Shown here: positions 54,751 to 64,000 of the stretch, piece after piece
How positions within the stretch are numbered: the stretch's first letter is position 1
Layout of the letters: the number at the start of each line of letters is the position of its first letter
The notes under the pieces: model-generated
What the model was told of the DNA's origin: nothing
Seen by the model: the letters and a program-made list of their open reading frames with translations, nothing else
Database searches by the model: none
Assembly (NCBI GenBank): GCA_951406725.2
Contig: OX597819.1
Span: forward strand, 112,716,001-112,780,000
DNA: 64,000 nt
Reading direction: 5' to 3'
Origin: Octopus vulgaris
Taxonomy: Eukaryota
Program-made: the position numbers and the translations under genes

Positions 54751-55164
54751 CTGGAGCACTTTTCATTTATTATAAATATATATATGATGCCAGCGCTACC
54801 TTGACTGGCTTCTGTGCTGGTGGCACGTAAAAAGCACCAACTGATCGTGGCTGTTTCCATGGCTGGATGCACTTCTTAACACCAACCACCTCACAGAATG
54901 TACTGGGTGGTTTTTCTGTGATACCAGCACTGGCATTTTTATGTGGCGCTAGTACGAGTGCATTAATGCAGTACTAGTGTAGGTGCTTCTATGTGACACT
55001 AGCACAGGCACATTTATGTGACACTAGCATGGGCATTTTTATGTGACACCAGCATCAGTGCTTTTATGTGCCTTCTAAGGAAGGACTTCTCAGCTGAGTA
55101 TGTCAATATGTATATGTGTATATATATGAATGTATGAGTGTGAATGTATGTATGTACCTATGTA

Positions 55165-55321
55165 CACTAGCATAGCTAGAGTGTGTGCTGCCTGAGGTGG
55201 CCCTTCCATTGGCTACCCCAACAAAAACACATATTGCCAACAGCTGACCCAAAACTGCTGTCCCTTTAAAAGTGCTGCCCAGGGCAGACTACTCCTACTG
55301 TATCTTCTAACTATGCTAGTG
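55165..55321. mobile_element. hAT-type MITE, 157 bp
   Basis: 16-bp TIRs CACTAGCATAGCTAGA / TCTAACTATGCTAGTG with 1 mismatch. Perfect 8-bp TSD CCTATGTA at 55157-55164 and 55322-55329. Confidence 0.85.
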
Positions 55322-55436
55322 CCTATGTACATACATCTCTATCCACTCGGTATTTTTGTCAGATATTAGATTAGGTAACTAGCTTCAAAAAGAACAACAA
55401 TCAAAGCTAAAGAATTCTAAAGAAAGAAATACATAC

Positions 55437-55526
55437 CAAAGGCAAGGAACTGCTATTTGGATGTGACAGTTTATAGTTGTACACAACCTTTGGTGCTGGC
55501 AGTCTCACAGGGCCCTGCTGTGATTC
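55437..55526 (-). CDS. candidate 90-nt exon (ESQQGPVRLPAPKVVYNYKLSHPNSSSLPL)
   Basis: Acceptor TTTATTCTTTCAG|, donor TTG|GTATGT. Only phase 0 is open. Confidence 0.55.
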
Positions 55527-55889
55527 CTGAAAGAATAAACATTAATGATTAGGAAATAAACAATAAGTTTAAGAAACAGGTTGAAGAAAGCTAGTGTTGT
55601 TGTTAGTGATAGTGTTTAGCCCCAAGGTCACCTTCCATCATGTAGACCGATGATGGAAGATTTCCAACCATGCACCCTGTCATTTTATGAGACATTACAT
55701 GAAATTGTTCAAATCAATGTGTTCTTTAAGAATGTAGACAGCAAGGTGTGATTTGATGGAAATCTGGCCTTTATTTTTAGCTGGTCCAGTGACCACATAA
55801 AGGTTCCTTTCATTGGATCAAAGAGTGGTTAGTCAAATTTGGTGGTGATGACAGAGGAGGACTGTACAATAAGATTGTTTATATGACAC

Positions 55890-55961
<72 letters not shown>

Positions 55962-56062
55962 CTAACAATATAGGATGAAGTCCCTTTCTCTACAGAAAAG
56001 GATTCCATCAAAAAGCGTGGCAGTATATTAAAAAACCTTTACGGTTGAAGTATAAACATCTT

Positions 56063-56354
56063 ATAATTAAGGGCTAAAGAAGGTTATTCTAAAGCCAATA
56101 CACTGATTTATCCACTTATAATCCACTTGTTACAGGAAAATTGAACTGAAAGCAGGCAACTAACCTTTAGAAAATTTAAATTTCGTTATCTCTATATTGA
56201 ATCAATTTCGGAATTGATTCAATATAGAGATAACGAAATTTAAATTTTCTAAAGGTTAGTTGCCCGCTTTCAGTTCAATTTTCCTGTAACAAGTGGATTA
56301 TAAGTGGATAAATCAGTGTATTGGCTTTAGAATAACCTTCTTTAGCCCTTAATT

Positions 56355-56356
<2 letters not shown>
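56063..56356. repeat. near-perfect 294-bp palindrome (145-bp arms, 4-nt spacer)
   Basis: Arms 56063-56207 and 56212-56356 are reverse complements, with one mismatch seen. Confidence 0.92.
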
Positions 56357-56405
<49 letters not shown>

Positions 56406-56565
56406 AATAAATTAGAGAAGAACCACCTTTTATCAATTCAACAATGAAATAACAATGATATAATTAAATTATACCATACAGAAAAAAATTAAATATATGA
56501 TAAAACATATACCAATAATTAAGTAAAATACAAAATAATAAATAAAAGTATATAATTGGTAAAAA

Positions 56566-56646
56566 GACTAGATGTGTTTCGTGGCTATGTTTACAAACTG
56601 ATAACAGTAAAATCAATTCAGTTTAAATATAGTCACTCTTCAGGTC
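56566..56646 (-). ncRNA. hammerhead-like motif with long stem II
   Basis: gac-CTGAAGA-GTGACTATATTTAAACTGA...TCAGTTTGTAAACATAGCCAC-GAAA-CACA-TC-tagtc. Stem I is imperfect. Confidence 0.5.
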
Positions 56647-56736
56647 CAAAATAAAAACAATAAAATAATTAAATAAATGAATATACGTATATAATCTTGT
56701 AAGGAAATTTAAACATATATATATAAAAATACGTAA

Positions 56737-56950
56737 TCTCTATATATATAAAACTGAGAATGTGTGTCTGTCTGTCTGCCTGTCTGTCTGTGTGTTTCCC
56801 TAAAACTTGAGAACTACACAACCAATTTCATTCAAATTTTACACATGCCGTACTTAGGGTCCATGTAGATTCATGGGCAAAAAGATGTTCAACTTCTTGC
56901 CTAGAGCGAGCCCATAGCAATATCATATCTTCTCCACTATTTCAGTATTA
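56737..56950 (+). mobile_element. Helitron-like non-autonomous element, 5' part
   Basis: A|TCTCTATATATATAAAA, (GTCT)n and AACCAATTTCATTCAAATTTT are typical of non-autonomous Helitron 5' ends. The 3' end is not established. Confidence 0.55.
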
Positions 56951-57794
56951 CATGTTAAAAGTGAAACAAAAACATTTCTCTATTTTATGTCAGATACTTT
57001 CACTTTAACAATAAAAATAATAATAACAATTGAATTATATGTAGTAAGTAATAATTAAAATCAAACTAAAGTATAATATAATTGTAACATAACAAAAGTA
57101 AAAATAGCAATTGGTATAAAATTGCATCAATGACTTGAACTTGAACATGAATGGGAATGAATTAAAAATAAAATTAGCGTGCAGAAATGGAATAGTCCAG
57201 ATGAATCTGTGCTTTTACATTAGATTATCTGCTAATTAGCTAGCATTAAGTATCTATATGAAGTTTGGCTCTATGTAATATCTGTTTTCTTGAACAGCCG
57301 CTCCTGTTGGTTTATTTTTTATACATAAAGGACTAAAGCTTCAACTGCTTACTGCTTTCTGACTCATCGTAAGGTTTGTCGTAAGTAATTATTATTACTG
57401 TTTAACTATTGTTATCACGTTTGTTGGTTCCTCGTAAAGGAAACATTGTTGCGTTGCATTTATTAAATAATTGTAAACTGTAACCCTCCCCCTTTGGGAG
57501 AAGGAGCTTTGGTTAATGTTTAAAAATTGAATTGTGTCCCTATTTGGGGAAATTGACAATATTTTCACCGTTTACATGGAAGCATTTTTGTTAGAATGCC
57601 TTCAATAGAAGAAAGTCCAAAAATGAATTTCACTGCAGCCATCGGTGGGTGTGAACTCATTGAAATTTAAATGGAAGAAATACGGATTGATCACCGACAA
57701 AGACGGTGAATCTAGGATAACACCACAAAACGAAATAAAAAATTAAATTATATATATATATACACACACACATATCTACATATCTACATATATA

Positions 57795-58190
57795 TACTCT
57801 TTTACTTGTTTCAGTCATTTGACTGCAGCCATGCTGGAGCACTGCCCTTAGTCGAACAAATTAACCCTAGGACTTATTCTTTGTAAGTCTAGTACTAGTA
57901 CTTATTCTATCAGTAACTTTTGCTGAACTGCTAAGTTACAGAAATTTAAACACACCATCATCAGTTGTCAAAGCAATGGTGAGGGGACAAACACAGACAC
58001 ACAAGCACAAACATATATATATACACAATGGGTTTCTTTCAGTTTCCGTCTGCCAAATCCACTGACAAGGCTTTGGTTGGCCCGAAGCTATAGTAGAAGA
58101 CACTTGCCCAAGGTGCCATGCAGTAGGAGTGAACCTGAAACCATGTGGTTGGGAAGCAAGCTACTTACCACACAGCCACTCCTGTGCCTA
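57795..58190 (-). mobile_element. SINE family A
   Basis: Reverse complement of the family A module. Confidence 0.85.
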
Positions 58191-58475
58191 TTATATATAT
58201 ATAAGTGTATGTGCATACGCATATACACAAGTAGTAAACAAGTGAACGGCGAAAAAAAAAAGTGGTATCAAAAGTGCTGGAAAGAGTGGGAGAGAGAGTG
58301 GGAGGAAAGGCAGAATATAACATAGGGAGAAGGAGAAACTATAAGATAAGAGTGTCAGAATGCGAGAGAGAGAGGAGAAGAGAAAGACACTTAGACAGGG
58401 TGACACAAAATGAGAGTGAGAGAGAGAGAGTAGGAGTGAGAAAGAGAATGAGGGGCAGCATTGAGAGTTACTCAC

Positions 58476-58536
58476 CTGTGCACACTTTTACAAGTTTTTC
58501 AGGTGTTTTAATCAGATTGTTGTCTTTACAATTAGA
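58476..58536 (-). CDS. candidate 61-nt exon (SNCKDNNLIKTPEKLVKVCT)
   Basis: Strong acceptor CTTTTCCCTTCTCTTCTTTCACAG| and donor CAG|GTGAGT. Only the phase 0-to-1 frame is open. Confidence 0.6.
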
Positions 58537-58699
58537 CTGTGAAAGAAGAGAAGGGAAAAGAAATGGTACTGATGGTGGTATTGGTGGTGGTAGTGGAGGC
58601 TACAGTGATGATCATGGTGGTTGTGGTGGCAGACAGCCTTGTACTATTGTTAGTAATAGTAGTAGTTGTAGTAGTGGTCATATTTGCAGTAGCCTTAGC

Positions 58700-58764
58700 A
58701 CAGTAGTAGCAGCAGTAGTGGTGGTGACAGTAGTAGTAGTAGTAGTAGTAGTAGCAGCAGCAGC

Positions 58765-58821
<57 letters not shown>

Positions 58822-58871
58822 GGTGGTGGTGGTGGTGGTGGTGGTAGTGGTGGTAGTAGTAGTAGTAGCAA

Positions 58872-58925
<54 letters not shown>

Positions 58926-59500
58926 CAGCAGCAGCAGATAATTATTTAGTCAGTAGGAAAACAGATATCTAAGTGTTAATAAGGTGAAAGAGATAGACTT
59001 AACTGATACGGGACAAACCAAATCAAACGCGATGGATCGTCATGGAGACAGCCATCCAGAATGAAGCAGATTAAATAAGGAAGGACAATACAACGTTGAT
59101 GATGGTGATGTGATGGTGACGGCAGCAGCGGTGGTGGTGGTGGTGGTGGTGGTGGTGGTGGTGGTATTGGTGGTGGTGGTGGTGGTGGTATTGGTGGTGG
59201 TGGTGGTGGTGGTGGTGGTGGTGGTATTGGTGGTGGTGATGGTGATTATGATGTTATTGATGACCATCAACATCACCACGATGACTGACGGCGATGACGA
59301 TGATAACAATGACGATAATGATGGTGATGTCAGTGGTAGTGATGATGGTGGTGGTGGTGGTGGTGGTGGTGGCGGAGCTAGTGATGGAGGTGGTGGTGGT
59401 GGTGGAGATAGTGGCAGAGGACGGCGGTGGTGGTGATAGTGACAGTAGTGAAGGGGGGTAGAGGATGATGATGATGATGATGATGATGATGGGAAGAGAA
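58700..59500. repeat. (GTA/GGT/GAT)n trinucleotide tracts
   Basis: Direct reading. Confidence 0.92.
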
Positions 59501-59867
59501 AGAGGAAAATGATGATTTTGATGGTAATGAGGAGGACATGATAATAGAATAATAAGATAATAAATCAAAATCATTGGCATTGAGGGTGGTGGTAGGTGGG
59601 GTGGGGGGTATTAGTATTAATGATGATCTATACAGTCACAAGGTCACATATTTGTCAGGAACAGGGAAAAGTGGGGGTGGGGGTGGGGGGAGTGTAGTTA
59701 ATTTAATCAGACTCCAATACATGATATATTCATATTCTTTTTTTTATTTATTGGCCTCATTCCAACCATGAAAGGATCAAAAATAAAGCTGGCTTTAGTA
59801 GGATTTGAACTCAAAATATAAAGCAAACAAAATATTATATGACATTTAGTTCAAATCTTGCTAAAAG

Positions 59868-60690
59868 GCACAGGTGCTGGTGCCACATAAAAAGCATCAG
59901 TGCTGGTGCCACATAAAAGGCACTGGTGCTGGTGTCACATAAAAAGCACTGGTGCTGGTGTCACATAAAAGGCATCAGTGCTGGTGTCACATAAAAAGCA
60001 CTGGTGCTGGTTCCACATAAAAGGCACAGGTGCTGGTGTCACATAAAAGGCATCGGTGCTGGTGTCACATAAAAAGCACTGGTGCTGGTTCCACACAAAA
60101 GGCACTGGTGCTGGTGTCACATAAAAAGTATCACTAATGGTGCCACATAAAAAGCACTGGCGCTGGTGCCACATAAAAGATGCTGGTGATGGTGCTACAT
60201 AAAAAGCATCAGTGCTGGTGTCACATAAAAAGAAGAGTGTTGGTGCCACATATGAGGTATCAGTGCTGACACCACATAAAAACTTTGGTGCTGGTGCTAC
60301 ATAAAAAGCATCAGTGCTGGTGCCATATAAAAGGCACTGGTGCTGGTGCTGCATAAAAGCACATATGCTGGTGTCATATGAAAAGCATCACTGCTGGTGC
60401 CACATAAAAGCACTGGTGCTAGTGCCACATAAAAGGCATTAGTGCTGGTGCCATGTAAAAAGCATTGGTGATGGTGCCACATAAAAAGCACTGGTGCTGG
60501 TGTCACATAAAAGACACTGGTGACGGTGTCACATAAAAAGTACGGGTACTGGTGTCACATAGAAAGCATCAGTGCTCTAGTGTTGGTGCCATGTAAAATG
60601 CACTGGTGCTGGTTCCACATAAAAAGCATTAGTACTGGTGCCACATAAAAAGCATCGGTACTGGTTCTGCCTAAAAAGCACCCAGTACAC
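59868..60690 (+). repeat. 26-bp minisatellite (~31 units, GTGCTGGTGYCACATAAAAAGCACTG) inside an RTE 3'-UTR copy
   Basis: Tandem units run directly into AAAAGCACCCAGTACACTCT...TTAGGAAGG, the family C module. Confidence 0.9.
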
Positions 60691-60717
60691 TCTGTAAAGT
60701 GGTGGGTATTAGGAAGG

Positions 60718-61023
60718 ATATCTCAAGAACCGCTGGATGGATTCAGATGAAACTTTCAGAGATGTCTTGCCTCATGACTAGCACGAACTGATTAAGATTT
60801 TGGGATCGATCTGGTACCAGACAAAGATTCAGGATTATTTTTTTTTTATTTTTTTGTTTTACTTAATTTTTGAGAGCAGTCAGGTTCATTTTTAGCATTC
60901 TCGTTTGTGAAAGCAGTCGAGTTTAATTCAGATATTCTCATTTTAAAAATCATCTCCAGCTAATTGTTGAGAGGACTTTGGTGTTGCCTTGGCAGAAGTT
61001 TGTGCTCTCTGAGTGCTCTTGTT
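60718..61023 (+). mobile_element. Helentron/DINE-like non-autonomous element fragment
   Basis: CTCAAGAACCGCTGGATGGATTCAGATGAAACTT and terminal CCTTGGCAGAAGTTTGTGCTCTCTGAGTGCT resemble HINE-type ends. Recognised from memory only. Confidence 0.4.
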
Positions 61024-61812
61024 CATGTTGTTTTGAATTAATTGTGCTTAAAGATTTCGATAGTGTGTTTGTGTATTTTTAGAATGACATTGTAGGGTAG
61101 GTGTGAAAGGTTGGATCTGGTCAGCTTTAACATAAAACAGATGGAATATTTGGGTTGGATATGTCCAGTTTAAATGCTAAAGGGTTAAATATTGGAAATG
61201 AGTGTGGTAGTATGATGGTTGACCAGGTCAGAGTTAGAGTTGCTCTTCTCGAGAATGAAGCATACTATAGCATGTTTCAAAGATTAGGATATATCTTTGG
61301 AGAAAGAGGGTGGGATAGAGAGATAGAAAGACAGAGAGAAACAAGGAGAAAGTGAGAGAGAGAGAGAGGGAGACATAGAGAGAGAGAGAGAGAGATTGAA
61401 GGATTTGGTGCAGAGAGAAGCTAAGTCAGGATGTATTGTTTAGGAGTAATGAAAGGAATATCATCAGTAGTGCTGGAGGCCTTGTCAGGTTGAATTGACA
61501 TTTGGCATCCATGTGTGTGTGTGTGTGTGTGTGCATGTTTGTGTGTGTGTGTGCATGTGTGTGTGCGCGTGCGTATGTGTGTGCACGCATGCGTGTGTGT
61601 GTGTGTGTGTGTGTTTGTGCATAATGGTGAGGTGATTTATCTAGTGTGTACAGTATGGAACTTGATGTGATGTAAACAGTAAATGCTGAGGCTTTCTTAG
61701 TGATAGCAATAGAAAATACCATAGAAATAGAAATACCATAGTTGAGCTGTTGTGAAAAGGGGGATTTCTCAAACCTGGTAGTGAACCTTTAGTGAAGGGA
61801 CCACAATGTATG

Positions 61813-61992
61813 TACCTTATTTGATGGCATATAAGACACACTTTTCTCCAAAAATCACCCCAGGTCTGACATGCAAATTTAGACCTCTATTACATACTTT
61901 AATGCATTAAGATTTTTTTTTTAATATGCTCTACTGAAATTGGAGTGCACCTAATCTACCTGTGTGTTTTTTTTATGCCATCGAATATAGTA
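61813..61992. mobile_element. Tc1/pogo-type MITE
   Basis: Imperfect TIRs TACCTTATTTGATGGCATA and TATGCCATCGAATATAGTA, TA-bounded. Confidence 0.55.
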
Positions 61993-62559
61993 TATCAGTA
62001 AACGTATGTATGTACATATGAGAGAGAGAGAGAGTATGTGTGAGTGTGGAGAGAGAGAGAAAGAAAGAGTGAAAAAGTGGGGAGAGAGAAAATGCATAAT
62101 TTTTGTTTGCTTACTTCAGCCCTCAACACCTGATAAACTCATTGAGATAACATTGTGAAATGCATTGCACTAGACTTCCATTGCCAGAAGTTGTGAGTCT
62201 ACTAATGACTTACCAGTTGACTCCTTTGACTGCCTCTCATTTCTTACCTCTCCAGGATTCCTGGAAAAATGGTCTTTGCAAAACCTACTCGATCTTCTTA
62301 CTTTATTTCAAAATTTTGCCATAAAGGCATGACACAGAGTAGCTTGCGGGATGGACAAAAATATTAATGAGATGAATGATGAATGATATTGATGGGAGAA
62401 GACAAAAGATGCCCATTGATTTTTTGCTTCTCTAAAACATTTTTTTTTTTTCTCAGGAAAAAAAAACAAAAAACAAAATGAGGTATTAAACCTCTTACTT
62501 CAGTTCTTACAATTAATAGCCCATTACAAATTGAGGAGCTGAGCCTCTTACATACAATA

Positions 62560-63400
62560 ACCATTCAGGCACTAAAGCCTCTTTATCCTTCCTTCCCGAC
62601 CAGGCCGTATGCCTCCCATAGGCATTGCTCCAGCTCCAGGTCGGGGTCCCAGAAGGCGAACCTAAACTTGTACTTCGGGAAGGAGTCAATCACCCTGAAC
62701 ATATCGACTTCCGATCTGACCTCTGTAGTCACTTGCAGAGGCCAATCCGGGTCTTTAGTTCAGGGCATGGGCTCCTCCCTCCGGCCCTCTAGCTTCCTTA
62801 AGAAGCTTTGTATTGCCCCTCCTTTATGGAAGAAGATAACAAAATCATCTCTCTCCGTGCTGGGAGGGGCCACAGTTTCCTCTGTCAGTGGCACACTTCC
62901 CACCGACAAAGTTTCAGGGCATGCCGGCAGTGTACCATCAACTGCCAGCAATGTCCTGTTCTTTTTCCTTTTTCTTTTTCTCCCCTTTGCTACAGGAGGG
63001 TGTGGTACCTCTGCTTTATCCAGATGATCTTCCTCCCCTCCTGCAGCCTTAGGGTCGTTTGGTGGGTAACCATTGTTGCCGACCTTCTTTCTTTTCTTTC
63101 CCTTTTTCGAGAAGTTCTCCACCTCCTCGACTGCCTCAATCTCTCCCTCCAATGGGGGAGTGGGGGGGGGGACACTGCTTCTATTAACTGCTCCAAGACC
63201 TTACCTTGGTCCTGGGGACAGTTTTTCTTAATGTGGCCCGGTTCCAGGAACAGGTGACACTTGGGGGATCTTCTTACTTGGTCATACCATCTCAGCTTCA
63301 TTTCCTTTATTGTTATACAAAGGTCTCCACATTTCTGTGGTTTAGTAACCCTGTATTTGTGATATACTCCAAGTACAAGATGCCTAAAACATTGTGGCTG
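62560..63400 (-). mobile_element. decayed ORF1 (gag-like, zinc knuckle) of a non-LTR element, possibly Tx1/L1-like
   Basis: GC-richer island with overlapping frameshifted ORFs. RRSPKCHLFLEPGHIKKNCP is a degenerate CCHC knuckle, followed by Lys/Arg-rich segments. Confidence 0.55.
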
Positions 63401-64000
63401 CTTATCAGTTCCTGTGCCTATACCTTTTTCTGTATTTTCGCAGTGTAGGTCCACATCTAACGTGCATTTATGAAGAATGTGAGAACCCATACATACATGC
63501 AAGAGCCTGATCATGTTCTTCAAAGTGATGTTTCTAACTTCCTACATTAACATGGATCTGGTTAATGCAGTCATTGATTGTGTAGCTTATGTAAGGATTT
63601 CATAAGCAATTAACCTCTCTCCATGAGTATTTGAACTGTCGCACAACCTCTGATTCCTTTCTTTGGCATCTGTTGTGGGTTTACTTGTTTTTTGGGGGTT
63701 TTTTTCAACACTGATGTCTGTTCCAAACTTCTGAATGTGCAATATGGTGTAATTGTATTATTATATAAGTGTATATCAGAGGGGCAGAGAGGTGTGGGGG
63801 GGGGGAGAAATAGAGAGAGGTGAGGGGAGAGGGAGAGAGGAGAGAAAGAAAGAGAGTTGAAGGGGGAGAGAGAGACAGAGACAGACAGACAGCCAGAGAC
63901 AGACAGACAGACAGGCAGACAGACAGACAGACAGGCAGGCAGGCAGACAGGCAGGAAGGCAGACATAGAGAGAGAGAGAGAGGGAGAAAGAGAGAGTTGG

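Noticed and set aside
57691-57716. hairpin plus CTAG as the 3' end of the Helitron starting at 56737
   Set aside because: The spacing is too short and CTAG is followed by G rather than T, so it is not supportable.
59868-60690. CRISPR-like array
   Set aside because: The units are contiguous with no unique spacers, there are no cas genes, and the context is eukaryotic. It is a minisatellite.
62110-62320. minus-strand exon with several GTAAG donors
   Set aside because: I could not fix a consistent acceptor, donor and frame.

Overview
Eukaryotic, very AT-rich, microsatellite-saturated DNA. The SINE, RTE and simple-repeat content suggests a coleoid cephalopod, probably Octopus (inferred, not database-confirmed). 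Most of the window looks intronic and is built from simple repeats, four tRNA-type SINE families, many RTE LINE 3' ends, and fragments of CR1-like, R4/Dong-like and Tx1/L1-like LINEs. It also holds a mariner fragment, hAT, pogo and Helitron-type MITEs, and a 5S rRNA pseudogene. Nearly all ORFs in the supplied track are microsatellite or repeat artefacts. A minus-strand host gene is visible as one large exon (about 40.3-41.1 kb) and a few small candidate exons. Three signals stand out. (1) In the large exon, a hydrophobic GPI-signal/TM-like segment and a long tyrosine-motif-rich tail are in frame, separated by a single TGA. (2) A Penelope-like element carries inverted terminal repeats, each with an intact minimal hammerhead ribozyme, and several unrelated hammerhead-like cassettes and long fold-back palindromes sit in (TA)n tracts. 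(3) A Helitron-like unit is arranged flank-element-flank-element-flank. All coordinates were read by eye.
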